From Octopus sinensis (lineage: Eukaryota), in NCBI RefSeq assembly GCF_006345805.1, contig NC_043000.1:12896001-12960000 (forward strand): DNA of 64,000 nucleotides, read 5' to 3'. Each line of letters begins with the position of its first letter. Within the stretch, counting starts at the first letter, position 1. Under the pieces are notes generated by a model. It was given only the letters and a program-made list of their open reading frames with translations. It made no database searches and was not told the origin of the DNA. A program made the position numbers and the translations under genes. Positions 1-13,675 of the stretch are shown here, piece after piece.

Positions 1-100
1 TATAGTAGAAGACACTTGCCCAAGGTGCCACGCAGTGGGACTGAACCCGGAACCATGTGGTTGGTAAACAAGCTACTTACCACACAGCCACTCCTGCGCC
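1..100 (-). mobile_element. SINE family A (tRNA-like head, central (TA)n(TG)n, (AAAAGAGT)n tail), head fragment
   Basis: GGAGTGGCTGTGTGGTAAGTAGCTTG...GGTTCAGTCCC (A/B box) on the minus strand. Confidence 0.85.
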
Positions 101-316
101 TATATATATATATATATATATAATATATATATATAGGCGCATATATATATATATGAAATTTAATTTCGTTTTTTTTTAAAGATTTAGCCTTGCGGTAGCA
201 ATCATGCTGGACCACTACCAAGACTTTGTAACCTTTCCACACTCCACTTATGTAGTTCCCTTCTTCTGGGTGGCGGAATTTCATATCACCATTCTTGCAT
301 AAATTATGAATACACA

Positions 317-357
<41 letters not shown>

Positions 358-558
358 AACAATGCAAGTTATAAAAGAATTACTATTACTAGTCGATGGT
401 TAGTGCTGTTAACCTGGTATTTCAATATTCCAAGGCTAAGACCCCTTCTTAGAAAAGGTGTTTACTTCTTCAGTACAGCTGAACGTTTTGTATATGTGTT
501 CCACTTGCTATTTATATAAAAAAAGAAAAATCCTTATCTTCCCCAAGTATTCTCCGCA

Positions 559-566
559 TACTTATA

Positions 567-652
<86 letters not shown>

Positions 653-715
653 ATCATCATCATCATCATTATCATCATCACCATCACCACCACCATCATC
701 ATCATCATCATCATC

Positions 716-749
<34 letters not shown>

Positions 750-811
750 TCATCACCATCACCACCACCACCATCATCATCATCACCACCACCACCACCA
801 CCATCATCATC

Positions 812-842
<31 letters not shown>

Positions 843-862
843 CCACCACCACCACCACCACC

Positions 863-896
<34 letters not shown>

Positions 897-906
897 TCAT
901 CATCAC

Positions 907-969
<63 letters not shown>
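559..969. repeat. Compound trinucleotide microsatellite (TAT)n(CAT)n(CAC)n(TAT)n
   Basis: Directly visible; explains the poly-Y/H/I/T ORFs. Confidence 0.98.
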
Positions 970-1438
970 GATTCAAGATGGCGAGCTGGCAGAATTGTTA
1001 GCATACCAGGCGAAACGCTAAGCGGTATTTCGTCTGTCTTCACATTCTTAGTTCAAATTCCACCGGGGTCGACTTTGCCTTTCATCCTTTCGGGGTCGAT
1101 AGATTAAGTACCAGTTGCGTACTGGGGTCGATGAAGTCGACTGTCGTCCTCCCATAAATTTCAGCCCGTATGCTTATTGTAAAAACGATATTTGTGTGCG
1201 TGTGTGTTTATAGTTTATGATGAATTTGCAAGCAGTGATGTGTTGGAGAATTGTGAAGTTCGATAGAGTGCGGAATTTATTGCAGTTCACTTAAAATTAG
1301 GTTAGATTCCGCTGTATGGCATTCCCTCACCGCCCCCACCCTAGACATACAGATTTTCAGAGGTGTTTACACACACAAAAACACATGAACACACACACAC
1401 ACACTTGTAATATAGACTCGCATGCATAGACAACCCTC

Positions 1439-1487
<49 letters not shown>

Positions 1488-1700
1488 ATATACACATACA
1501 CACACACTCACACACGCATGTATACATGTAATGTATATGCACTTTCATACGACCGCCCAATGTGGCACACCCTCTAGAGGCGGATAAAGATTTTTAAAAT
1601 CAACAATGTATATTGTAAAGTATTTACAATATTTCGAACCCGAAAAGGTTGAAAGATAATGTCGACCTCTGTGGTATGGCCTCTCGAGATCTACGGATGC

Positions 1701-1733
<33 letters not shown>

Positions 1734-1737
1734 TATT

Positions 1738-2333
1738 TAATTCTTTATTGCCCACAAAGGGATATACATAGAGGGGACAGACAAGGACAGACAAAGAGAT
1801 TAAGTCGATTACATCGACCCCAGTGCGCAACTGGTACTTATTTAACCGATCCCGAAAGGAAGAAAGGCAAAGTCGACCTCGGTGGAATTTGAACTCAGAA
1901 CGTAGCAGCAGACGAAATACCTATTTCTTTATTACCCACAAGGGGCTAAACATAGAAGGGACAAACAAGGACAGACATAGGTATTAAGTCGATTACATCG
2001 ACCCCAGTACGTAGCTGGTACTCAATTTATCGACCCCGAAAGGATGAAAGGCAAAGTCGACCTCGGCGGAATTTGAACTCAGAACGTAGCGGCAGACGAA
2101 ATACCTATTTCTTTATTACCCACAAAGGGCTAAACATAGAGGGGACAAACAAGGACAGACATAGGTATTAAGTCGATTACATCGACCCCAGTGCGTAACT
2201 GGTACTTAATTTATCGACCCCGAAAGGATGAAAGGTAAAGTCGACCTCGGCGGAATTTGAACTCACAACGTAACGGCAGACGAAATACCGCTAAGCATTT
2301 CGCCCGGCGTGCTAACGATTCTGCCAGCTTGCC
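1738..2333 (-). mobile_element. SINE family C, one head plus three tandem ~180-bp bodies
   Basis: Head GGCAAGCTGGCAGAATCGTTAGC..., body GAGGTCGACTTTGCCTTTCATCCTTTCGGGGTCGAT repeated three times. Other family C copies at about 977-1140(+), 11975-12180(+), 17905-18120(+), 18127-18250(-), 21226-21470(+), 27420-27635(-), 31488-31720(+), 44750-44940(+), 53003-53215(+). Confidence 0.85.
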
Positions 2334-2572
2334 TACTACTATTATATATGTGCATATATGTGTGTGTATGTGTGTGTAATTTGATATATATATATATATA
2401 TACACATACAGACATTTGTATATAATTATAATAATGAAATCAAACCAAGTAATGATATTTTGAAATCATTTAATACGTATGTTTCAGTTGAGCGTAATAT
2501 ATAATAAGAAATGTACCAATTACGTAAACCTTCCTCAGTTAAAGCATTTCAAAAATACTTTAAAACGTAAAC

Positions 2573-3925
2573 CAGTGTTTCCCAAACTTTTCGCGGCAAA
2601 TTGCAATAACGCCCACCTATCGGCCAAAACATACTCCAGCGCCCACCTGTGTAAAAAAAAAACCCTGACACAATCGCCTCCCGACACAAAATCCCCTAGG
2701 ACCTCCACCTCCCGTATCATTTGACATATACACTATATCGTAGACTCGTTGTCCCGTTTGGACTAAATATGCGGCTGTTTACAAATCCTTTATTGTGGGC
2801 TTTGTCTTGTCATTAGTGTAAATAAAATTCTAACGTTAGCTCTATATTATGCAGACAGATTAACTTCTGGAAACTTGCGCTTTCTTTTACACCGATTTTC
2901 ATTTTCCCCAAATGAACCATTGATCAGAACTACCAATGCAAAAATAATTAATGATTGCATTATAAAGGAAAAGAATAAAACTTTTTAATGGGAACCATGT
3001 GTCTGGTGCGATGCAGCTAGTGCAGATACATTCGGTTTCAAACTTGTCAACTTTAGCCGCAAGTCTCCTCGTTGTATCACATCCAGTCCAATTATTTTAT
3101 GGGAGAGTAAAGTTCAAACATGGATAAAACCAGATTCAACCAGGTATGAGGTAGGGAAGGCAAGCAAAAATAATTTCAGATGTTTCCACCGATTGGGGTA
3201 GCAATTCAATATACTCTGATGGTACCACAAACCTTCTTTGCCATTACGGCGATATCGCATTGTGGCGTCATTGCCATTTTGTAATTCTATCAATTCCTTC
3301 TGAACGCCATCCTCGCAATCGACTGCATCGACCTCAAATGGATTGCTATACCAATTTGGAATATTCAGCGCAATAACATCTTGAAATCGCTCCACCATGT
3401 TATCGTGCAATGATTGTTAATAGTTGCGAGATGTAGTTAAATCCTCATCAACCAATTTATCTTTCAAAGAATCAAGTCGTGGAAATTTATGGAATTGACG
3501 TTTTGAAATGTTAGTCTTAAACAACACCAATTTCGAAATGAAGGTAGTGATAAATGATTTACAGTCAATGAGAGTTTTTCTGTTTCTTTGCATTTACTTA
3601 TTCAAGTAATTTATTTTTGCGAATTTATCACAAAGAAAAAAGATATCGCACCTTGCAGCCATCAATGAAGCGAATACAAAGAAAAAGAAATATAAAACAG
3701 TTCAACAAAGCGTAAAACACAGTTTATTTTGACAGTAAGGTCCTCATCATTTCTCAGACAAAGTTGATGGCAAATTCGATCAGACAAGGGACTGGACTTT
3801 TGCATCTTTTGAATCAAGCGGCAATTTCTCTGTGAACAGCACAAAATGTTCATATCGCCCACCATTTTCTAGAAATTCGCCCATCGCCCACCTGTAAGCT
3901 GAAATCGCCCACTTTGGGAAGGTTG
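2573..3925 (-). mobile_element. Degenerate hAT (Charlie/Buster-like) transposon with transposase remnants
   Basis: Left end CAGTGTTTCCCAAAC, right end TTTGGGAAGG, subterminal CGCCCA repeats. ORF 3114-3410 ends LAFPTSYLVESGF (hAT C-terminal dimerisation motif); upstream frames show QLCLRNDED and CVLRFVELF. Confidence 0.8.
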
Positions 3926-4340
3926 ATTTATTAAAATTTCATCCACATCAAGAGGATTTGTCGCAATGGAGGATGCTTGTAAGTACGTATGTATTCTGTG
4001 GATACATGTGTGTTTATATATGTATATATGGGCTGTTTATGTAAGCGAGTCTATATTACAAGTATGTGTTCGTTTGTGTGCACTTGTAAACACCTCTGGG
4101 TAACCGCCTTAAAAGGATTTTAGTCGAACAAATCGACCCTTGTAATTGTTTTTTTTTATTAAGTTTGGTACTTATTCAATCGGTCTCATTTGCTAAACCA
4201 CCAGTTTATGTGGTCGTAAACGAACCAAACCGTTTGTTAAGCAGTAGGGGACAAACACAGACACAAAGACACAAAGACACACACACACACACACAAACAC
4301 ACAAACACACACACACACACACACACTTACACACACACAA

Positions 4341-4394
<54 letters not shown>

Positions 4395-5164
4395 AGGTCT
4401 TCCACAGACTTATCGTTTCCCAAATTCAATCACACAAATATACAGAAGAAGATTCTTGTCCAAGGTGCCGCGCATTGGGACTGAACTGGAAACCACATGG
4501 TTGCGAAGCGATCTTCTTAACCATGCAGCCATGCCTTTATTTCTGAATTTATCTTTTATGCGTGGACGCTGATTCTCTTCAGCCAAACCCAAAACCAATG
4601 CCGGATTTTTTTTTAAGCTGGCTTCCTCCTAGCCTTTTTGATTTTACCTTTTCTCTTTTTCTTGTTTTGTCCCATATCTAAATCTTTTTCCTTCAGTTTA
4701 ATTAGCTTCTAATTTGTCCGTTATTGTTTTCCTATATATAAAGAAAACAGTCTTTTGTTTTCTTAATGTTCCCTTATTAAACGAATCAGTTTTCCTTTTT
4801 CATGCTTCCTAGTAATTTTCTAGACTCATTGTCGTTGTTTTGTAATAGAAAGGAAATATATCGAATTACAAAGACAAACATACGCACATACACACCACTC
4901 GTATATAATTACACACACAAACACACTCACGTACTGTGTGTAAATGTTAGATACACACGCGCACGCACGCACACACCCATGTCGCTTGTATTTCGCTATC
5001 ATGTATTTTACACGTACTTTACATGAAGTGATGCAGAAAGGTTCCTGCATTTAAGGGTATCGCAAAAGACATGGTTGGAGGTCCAACCTTCCGAGTTCTT
5101 TTACAGGGCTTAGGAAAAACTGAAGGACCTCTGGCAATAAGTGTGTGAATCTGAGAAGGGAATA

Positions 5165-5646
5165 TCTATATATATAAAACTGTAGTTGTGTGAGTGTCTG
5201 TCCCCTTCGATTTAGATTCCTAACTCCTCCCACATTTTGCGGTGCAGTTTAACCAAATTCGGGTATCTTATAGTCGTGATTCATATCGAGCCCGTCTACG
5301 ATTTTAAAAATAATTTAACATCATTTTTTTATTCCATTTTAATGCATAATTTTTCGTGTGTCGATGGCGGCGGAGTTGGCGTCCACGCTCACACCTGCAC
5401 CTGTTTGCTTCTCCTCCTTCCCTCCCTCGTGAAGCTGTGGGGAAGGGAGTGTAAGGAAATCAACGTCGTAATGCGTTGTCAAGGAGACCAGCGTTCTTTT
5501 AGAACAACGACTTCATGGCTTGAAGACACCAAAACAGAAATGGCTAAGAAAGCCCGAATTGGCATCTATAAGGGAAGTAACTCTCTAAAAATGCTTATAT
5601 AGTTATTTCCCTTACAAACCCGAGCAACGCCGGGCGATACTGCTAG
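5165..5646 (+). mobile_element. Non-autonomous Helitron
   Basis: A|TC 5' end, 3' hairpin CCCGAGCAACGCCGGG, CTAG|T 3' end. Confidence 0.8.
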
Positions 5647-5815
5647 TGTTAAATAAAATCATAATTAACTTATCCGCTTGTATTTTCTTTTATATAAAGT
5701 CAAGAACTTTTCAGCAGCCCCTCTTATATACCTACATATCTATGCCTCTTTCTTACGTGAGATTTTAGCCCTGGGCTGAAACCAGTAAAAGATAAAAATG
5801 CATAACTTTATGTGG

Positions 5816-6199
5816 ATGGAAGCACTCCGTCGGTTACGACGACGAGGGTTCCGGTTGATCCGAATCAACGGAACAGCCTGCTCGTGAAATTAACGTGTAA
5901 GTGGCTGAGCACTCCACAGACACGTGTACCCTTAACGTAGTTCTCGGGGATATTCAGCGTGACACAGAGAGTGACAAGGCCGGCCCTTTGAAATACAGGT
6001 ACAACAGAAACAGGAAGAAAGAGTGAGAGAAAGTTGTGGTGAAAGAGTACAGCAGGGATCACCACCATCCCCTGCCGGAGCCTCGTGGCGCTTTAGGTGT
6101 TTTCGCTCAATAAACATTCACAACGTCCGGTCTGGGAATCGAAACCGCGATCCTATGACCGCGAGTCCGCTGCCCTAACCACTGGGCCATTGCGCCTCC
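5816..6199 (-). mobile_element. SINE family D (tRNA-like head GGAGGCGCAATGGCCCAGTGGTTAG)
   Basis: A box TGGCCCAGTGG, B box GTTTCGATTCC, 3' end ACGGAGTGCTTCCA. Other copies at 13676-14051(-), 26881-27070(-, partial) and 27949-28330(+). Confidence 0.85.
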
Positions 6200-6705
6200 A
6201 TAACTTTATGTATTACGACTCCGGGTACGATTCTTCACACACGCACGTACGCATACACGCACTAAGAACAAAATCTTTCGCTACGGCGCCGTCCTAAGCC
6301 TAAGGAGAGGTTCTTCAGTTCTTTCGTTCGGTTCTTCAGTTCTTTCAATAGGTTATTGGTACATTTCAATAATTAGAGCGCTGTCTATTAAATTTCTGTG
6401 TGTAAAGAGCATGAAGGACAAAATAGATCTACTGAATTGTTTTCCATTTGTCATCAGTAATTTCATAACATAACACAAGTACGCAAAAACCAGCCGGACT
6501 AATTATTTGTGACCAATGAGTTGCTGTCATCTACGATAGCACTATCTCCATTAGTAGATCCAACTTATCGTTGTAGTACCTACCACTGGAAACTCCAATA
6601 ATAACGTAACAGTTTCACTATTTTGAAAACAACAAAGAGATTATGAATTCTGCTTTTTTATTATATGCATTCTTAACCCTGGTCTCCATACATCATATAA
6701 AATTC

Positions 6706-7118
6706 GGAATCTTTTCGGTTTGAACGGCAGTTTTTTCTAGCGGTGTCATATGAAATTGTCACCCATAATTATGACCCTAGAATCGATCTATTGCATTTCA
6801 ATCTGTTTTAGGGTTAGGGGTGGGGAAAGGGTATCTTTTTTTTCTTCACAAATGTAAATAAACCCAATCTGTTTCTTAAACGAGGGACATATTCATACGG
6901 CACAGAATGCTTTTTAACTCAATAGACGTCACTGATTGGTTGAAATTGCAGAAATTGAAGAAAAACAACAACAAATATCTTACAAACTATAGAATTTTCT
7001 CAATAAAGCCAAGAGAAAAAGATGTTTTATAAACACATTCTACCAGTATACGAAGTTTAAATTTTTTTTAGTTACCTAGAAATTATGTTAAAAACTGCCG
7101 TTCAAACCGAAAAGATCC
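6706..7118. mobile_element. MITE with ~28-bp TIRs (superfamily uncertain, possibly MULE-like)
   Basis: GG(A)ATCTTTTCGGTTTGAACGGCAGTTTT / AAAACTGCCGTTCAAACCGAAAAGATCC; flanks AAAATTC and AAGATTC may be a decayed TSD. Confidence 0.7.
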
Positions 7119-7224
7119 AAGATTCGTATTCCCAATATTTTTTATTCAGGTTGGTTTCATGCAAGACAATTTTCCCCACGGCTTGGGGGATCACGCGCAT
7201 AACAAAACACAATAAAGTGCATGA

Positions 7225-7635
7225 TATGTGGCTGTGTGGCAAGTAGCTTGCTTACCAACCACATGGTTCCGGGTTCAGTCCCACTGGTGGCACCTTGGGC
7301 AAGTGTCTTCTACTATAGCCTCGGGCCGACCAAAGCCTTGTCAGTAGATTTGGTAGACAGAAACTGGAAAAGCTCGTCGTATATATGTATATATATATAT
7401 GTATGTGTGTGTATATGTTTGTGTATCTGTGTTTGCCCCCCCCCCAACATCGCGTGACAACTGATGGTGGTGTGTTTATGTCCCCGTAACTTAGCAGTTC
7501 GGCAAAAGGAGACCGATAGAATAAGTACTAGGCTTACAAAGAATAAGTCCTGGAGTCGATTTGCTCGACTAAAGGCGGTGCTCCAGCATGGCCACAGTCA
7601 CATGACTGAAACAAGTAAAAGAGTAAAGAGTAAAG
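7225..7635 (+). mobile_element. SINE family A, full length
   Basis: Head with A/B boxes, internal microsatellite, (AAAGAGT)n tail. Further copies at about 4090-4535(-), 9215-10000(-), 14275-14500(-), 22255-22470(-), 23325-23530(-), 25817-25965(+), 38102-38240(+), 39380-39580(-), 45172-45330(+), 51765-51900(+). Confidence 0.88.
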
Positions 7636-7669
7636 AGTATATATAACATATACATTGCACATATAATAA

Positions 7670-7960
7670 AGACCTCTCCTTATGGTAAGTTGAAGCAATC
7701 ACTAAAACCTGTATAGCTTAACCTGACATCTTGGGAGAGTCATGACCTAGATCGATCTACATGGCGTAAAATGTGTCACGATGCATCTAAACAATTCGAG
7801 TTGAAGAAAAACAACAATAGAAGAACTATATCCCGCAACCAAAAGACACACTTGCCCAATTCTAGGCAAAACCAAAATCATCGATGTCCCCATTGTGGCT
7901 TCATAGCAAAATCCATTCCTCGACCCAAATTACATTCACGCATCCATCGCAAACAGATGC
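7670..7960 (+). mobile_element. RTE-clade LINE 3' remnant
   Basis: WES.DLDRSTWRKMCHDASKQFE...RCPHCGFIAKS...HSRIH matches the RTE ORF C-terminus with its CCHH motif. Confidence 0.65.
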
Positions 7961-7974
7961 AGCTTCTGAGAGTC

Positions 7975-8450
7975 TTTCTTTATTTCTTTCTTTCTTTCTT
8001 TCCTTCTTTCTTTCTTTCTTTCTCCCCCTCTCTCTTTCTTCCTTCCTTCCTTTCTTCCTTCCTTTCTTCCTTTCTTTCTTCCCTTCTCTCTTTCTTCTTC
8101 CTTCCTTTCTTTCTTCCTTTCTTTCTTTTTCTCTTCTTTCTTTCTTTTTTCTTCTCCTTCTTCCTTTCTTTCTTTCTTCCTTTCTTCCTTTCTTTCTTTC
8201 TTTCTTTCTTCCTTTCTTCTTTTCTTCCTTTCTTTCTTTCTTTCTCCCCTCTCTTTTTCTTTCTTTCTTTCTTTCTTTCTTCCTTCCTTCCTTCCTTCCT
8301 TTCTTTCTTTCTTTCTTTCTGTCTGTCTGTCTCTCTTTCTTTCTTTCTTCCTTCCTTCCTTCCTTCCTTCCTTCCTTCCTTCCTTTCTTCCTTCCTTCCT
8401 TCCTTCCTTCCTTCCTTCCTTCCTTCCTTCCTTCCTTTCTTTCTTTCTTT
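7975..8450. repeat. (CTTT/CCTT)n polypyrimidine tract
   Basis: About 470 bp nearly all C/T on the plus strand. Confidence 0.98.
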
Positions 8451-9461
8451 CTATTACTCTCTTTACCTTTAAGTCCCCTCCTTCAAACACTCATACGTCG
8501 AAACCGACGGTAGCAACCATCATATAACAAATTATGCAAAAATTCCCTGCAGATTGTGATGGTCAACAAAACAGGAATAATTTTTTTTTAATGTGCGGCC
8601 CGGTGATAAGAGACCCCTGATATGATGCACAATTTTAATTTTTTTCAACCTCAAGAATAACTTTGGATTTACGAAAAGAAAGTTTTATATTACTCAGAGC
8701 ATATGAAATAAAGGCTGACCAAAACGCCTGGAAACAAGCGTTGGACGTTTAGAATAAGGTTATAGAAATGCACTGGTCAGGCAAAGGGTAAAAGTGTCGA
8801 GCTGGCCGAATGACTAAGGGTGTCGGATAAAATTTTTGGCAAACTTATTTCCGCTTCTTTACTTTCTGAGTTCAAATTTCACCAAAGTTAACTTTGCATT
8901 TCATTCTTTCGGGGGTCGATAAAATAAAGTACCAGTCATGTATTGCAATCACTGTAATTAACCATATTCCTCCTCCTAAAACCGCTGGCTTTGAGTAAAA
9001 ATTGGAAACAATTATATGCATTACTGTCCCAGTAAGACATTCCCAGAAGTGAATGTAGACAACGTTGAGGGAATACGTACAGCAATTAAAAGACACTCTC
9101 TGTCTTCTTCCAGGTTCCCTAAATAAACCTGAAACAGCTTAGCATTCTTGAATTCTGAGATGAACAACCCTACCTAAATTGCGAAGCCCAAAAGTTTTGT
9201 TCTGTTTTGCCATATATATATACTCTTTTACTCTTTTACTTGTTTCAGTCATTTGACTGCGGCCATGCTGGAGCACCGCCTTTAATCGAGCAACTCGACC
9301 CCGAGACTTATTCTTTTGTAAGCCCAGTACTTATTCTATCGGTCAGTTTTTTGCCGAACCGCTAAGTAACGGGGACATAAACACACCAGCATCAGTTGTC
9401 AAGCAATGCTAGTGGGACAAACAGACGCACAAACACACACACGCATATATATATATATATA

Positions 9462-9710
9462 CTAGCAGCATAGCCCGGCGTTGTCCGGGTATGTAAGAAA
9501 CTTTGTCGATAAGCAATGCCCTTTACCTTTTTACATGTCGAATTTATCAATTTTTTTCAGAACTGGGGGAACTTTTCAAAATTTTCGCTGCATTAGTTTT
9601 GAATTATGATGTTGGTCTATGTGTGTGTCAAGTTTCATCAGAATCGGTTGAAAGCCGTGGTCAGGGTGAGGGTACAACCTGACAGACACACAGACAGACA
9701 AACTGCTTTT

Positions 9711-9715
<5 letters not shown>
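9462..9715 (-). mobile_element. Non-autonomous Helitron inserted in the central (TA)n of a SINE
   Basis: CTAG end with CCCGGACAACGCCGGG hairpin on the minus strand; internal sequence shared with 40118-40500. Confidence 0.75.
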
Positions 9716-9741
<26 letters not shown>

Positions 9742-10015
9742 TATATACGATGATTATATGTATATATATATATATAAATATATATATTTATATTATATTA
9801 TTATACTTATATATATTAGATATATATACTATATATATGTAGACGACGGGTTCTTCATTCCGTACAAAATCCACTCAAAAGGCATTGGCACGGCCCGAGT
9901 CTATAATAGAAGACACTTGCCCCAAGGTGCCTCGCAGTGGGACTGAACCGGAACCATGTGGTTGGTTAAACAAGATACTTAAAAATAGCCACTCCTGCGT
10001 CTATTATAAATTATA

Positions 10016-11084
10016 CTAGCAGTATCGCCCGGCGTTGATAAAATGTAAGGAAATAATATATAAGATATTTTTAGAGAGTTACTTCCCTAAAAAATAGAAA
10101 AAAAAATGCATTAAAATGGAAAAAATATGATGGTAAATTTTTTTAAAATCGTAGACTCATCGTAGACGCGCGCTAATACCCAGAAGGGCTCGATATGAAT
10201 CACGACTATAAGATACCCGCTTTTGGTTAAACTGCACCGCAAAAATGTGGGAGTAATTACGAATGTAAATCGAAGGGGACAGACACACAACTTCACTCTT
10301 ATATAAAGATGCTTTTTTTTTTCAGTCATAGAGTTAGATTTATGAAGGTCTTCAGTAGAAATCCTTCGAATTCTGACTCGCGCTTGATTATAATGAAATT
10401 CGTATCCATTTTTTGTCAGAATTACAAATTTTGAAAAACACAATAGGAACAAATTTCGGAAAAAAAAATCTCCATAATTCACGGAATTAAAATTACACTT
10501 CGATTTTGTACAAAACTGTATTTGAAGTGTTTACGAAGTATAATACGTGTTTTTACGAATTACTAAAGAGATTACTCTGATATTCTCATTTAAATATGAA
10601 TAGGTAAATTCGGGCGGTTTGGTAAGGAAAGGGTTTATATAAGTGTCGTCTGTTTATACATAAACACTGTTTCATACTTTCAGTTTAGTCTTCCTCAAAT
10701 CACTGTCGCTAATTTACTCTCTTCCAAGAACATTTCACTCACTGTTATCTGTTAGCTTCCCATACATTTTACTCATGTATCTATCAGCGTGATAGACAGA
10801 AACAAATATACATTTACTTTCATTTTATTCGTTTGCCCCTGTGTGTGTGCGTTTGCGTGTGGTGTAAACCAGACTAAGAAAAGCATTTGACACACACACC
10901 AGAATGTGAGTTTTCTGTAAATTTTGCTTAATTGGAGTTTAAAATTTAAAAAATGGACCTGGCATGACGCGATGCATTGTACTCTTAAAAATGCTAGGTA
11001 AATTGTAATTGAAGAAATCCTATATTGTAGATTTGTATAACTCCCAAAGGGAGGCAGATAAAATCTGCCTTTTATAATAAGAGA
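10016..11084 (-). mobile_element. Composite non-autonomous Helitron containing part of a piggyBac-like MITE
   Basis: TCTCTTATTATAAAAGG 5' end and CTAG 3' end; homologous in inverted orientation to 23628-25739. Confidence 0.75.
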
Positions 11085-12659
11085 TATCGTGTATTTGCAA
11101 CTGATGTCATACCGTGGCAGTAGGGATGTATATGAATTAGTACAGTACACAAGCACACTGGAAAAATGGGGATACATACGCATGCAGAGAGAGAGAGAGA
11201 GAGAAGGGAAGGGAGAGAAAAGAGAAAAGAGAAAGAGAGAGAGAGAGAGAGAGAGCGTATATCTATGAGCGTTGTTTTCCTACACTCAACAACCGGTGTT
11301 GGTTGAGTTATAATCCCGTAACTTGGCAGTTTGGTAAAAAAAAAAAAATTCCGATGGAATATGTTCCAGACTTACAATTAGTACCGTGTTCTAATTGATC
11401 GACAAAGCTTTTCAACGTGGTGCTCCTGTATGGCCGCATCCCAATACTTGAAACATGTAGAATGATAGAAAACTTCATTATTCGATGTATTTTCACAAAG
11501 ATGTCCAGACTAATTTAAAGCTATTCTGTCTGTTACACGTTTCTCTTAACTGTGCACGAAAAAAAAACAAAATATGCGCACAATAAAAATTTCTACATCT
11601 ACCTAAAGCAAAATTTAGAGTGAGCATTGATCATAGCGCGTCAACCACCCTTGGTGACTCTGTATCAGCCACAGGCAACCTTTTTTGAGAAGCGGACAAC
11701 ATGAGACATGACTCATCATTAGAGATGCCGAACTATTAAAATGAAATTGTAAGTTCTCATTAGGCGTGCCACACGGAAAGTCCTGCGAGCCACAAGTTAT
11801 CTATGACTGTTCTATAAGTTGGTTGATAGTGTTGGTGATGGTATGATATTATCGGAGTACAATTCATAAAATAGGTATCCCAATGAAAGTATGACAAATA
11901 AAACCATCATTCATCGAATGAACTTGCTGGCCTGCTTATTTTTTGTGAGAAATGTGTAAATAAAATATAAAGCAGCAAGCCGTCAGAGCCGTTAACACGC
12001 TGGGCAAATGCTTAGTGGCATTTCGTCCATCTTTACGCCCTGCGTTCAAATATCACCCAGGTCCACTTTGCCTTTCATCCTTTTAGGATCGATAAAATAA
12101 ACACTAGTTGAGTACTGGGGTCGATGTAATCAACTAGCTCACCCCTCCGAAATTTCTGGCCTTTTGCCAAAATTTGAAACCAATATGTAAATAAGATATG
12201 TATTTATATGAATATACAAAATAACGGTAGTGTCTTGCCGTCAAATATAATTTGTTTGACATTTTCTGATTATCTGACACAATATTGAACTTCATTATTC
12301 TCAAAAATTGTCTATAAACTTGCTTTGTTTATAATATAAGTAGAAGAAAGTCAAAATGGAGTCATTTCTAGAACTTGATTAATATTGTTTTCTTACTCTT
12401 TCTTATTTTTTTGTTCCAATTTGCAGACGACAGGTTTTTTTACACATCATTTACATATATCTGTCGACTTAATGAATTAGAAAATGGTGTCAGGGCTTCC
12501 TTTAACTGAGGTCACAATCTCTCTATCTATGTATTGCTGCATTAGATAAGTTAGTACGCATGTGTGTGTATGTACGTCTGAGAAAGAGAGTGAGGGAGAG
12601 AGACAGAGAAAAAGAGAAAGGGAGAGTCCTTGAGTATGCAAGTCTATATGTATGCATAT

Positions 12660-13016
12660 ATATCTGTATATGTATCTGTATATGTATGTATGTATGTATG
12701 TATGTATGAATGAATGTGTGTATGTATGTATGTATGTATGTATGTATGTATGTATGTATGTATGAATGAATGTATGTATGTATGTATGCATGTATGAATG
12801 AATGTATGTGTGTATGTATGTATGTATGTATGAATGTATGTATGTATGTATGTATGTATGTATGTATGTATGCATGCATGCATGTATGTATGTATGTATG
12901 TATGTATGTATGTATGTATGTATGTATGCATGTATGAATGAATGTATGTGTGTATGTATGTATGTATGTATGAATGAATGTATGTGTGTATGTATGTATG
13001 TATGTATGTATGTATG

Positions 13017-13048
<32 letters not shown>

Positions 13049-13190
13049 AATGTATGTGTGTATGTATGTATGTATGTATGTATGTATGTGTGTGTATGTA
13101 TGTATGTATGAATAAATGTATGCATGTATGTATGCATGCATGCATGTATGTATGTATGAATGAATGTATGTGTGTATGTATGTATGTATA
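12660..13190. repeat. (TATG)n microsatellite
   Basis: Directly visible. Confidence 0.98.
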
Positions 13191-13675
13191 CATAATAGTG
13201 TGTGTATGAAAGAGAGAGAGAGAGAGAGTATAAGCCGTAAGATAAAAATAAAAAGGCGATAAGATTAGGTAATCAAGAAACTAATGTAACACACGCGCGT
13301 GCACACACACAGAGCTCTCCTTCTCTCTTTCTTTCTCTCTCTATATATATGTATGTATATATATGTGTGTGTGTGTGTGTGCGTGTGTATGTATGTATAT
13401 GTGTGTGTGTGTATACATACATGCAAGAACATATGCGTACACGCACATATGAAGAATATGTATCTATAAATGCATAAAAACAATTGAAAAAGGATCGAGA
13501 CTTATTGAGTCTAGTATGTAACATCAAATATTTGATATGATAATGTTGAGAATTACCTCAAGCTCTCAACGGTGATGGCTTATATTCAGACTTGGATGAG
13601 TCTGCACTGGTGAAACATCAAGGTTGTTTGTCTTTGAAAATATTCGCTACGAGACGTTTGTCATTCTTTTTAATA

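Noticed and set aside
458-1021. Long ORFs with poly-Y/H/I/T/N/D/G, and the many HT/CV/YI/FLS-repeat ORFs across the window
   Set aside because: They are translations of microsatellites, with no splice or domain support.
5865-6068. Recurrent ORFs such as MVVIPAVLFHHNF..., LFQSFDCGHAGAPP..., YQIHSQGFGRPEA...
   Set aside because: They are translations of SINE families A and D that recur at every copy; not genes.
7771-8472. ORF with CPHC...H..H suggesting a C2H2 zinc-finger gene
   Set aside because: The motif is the C-terminus of an RTE LINE ORF; the rest is the (CTTT)n tract.
11666-11809. Possible hAT-like MITE (CAGCCACAGGCAAC / GTTATCTATGACTG)
   Set aside because: The TIR match is weak and there is no 8-bp TSD.
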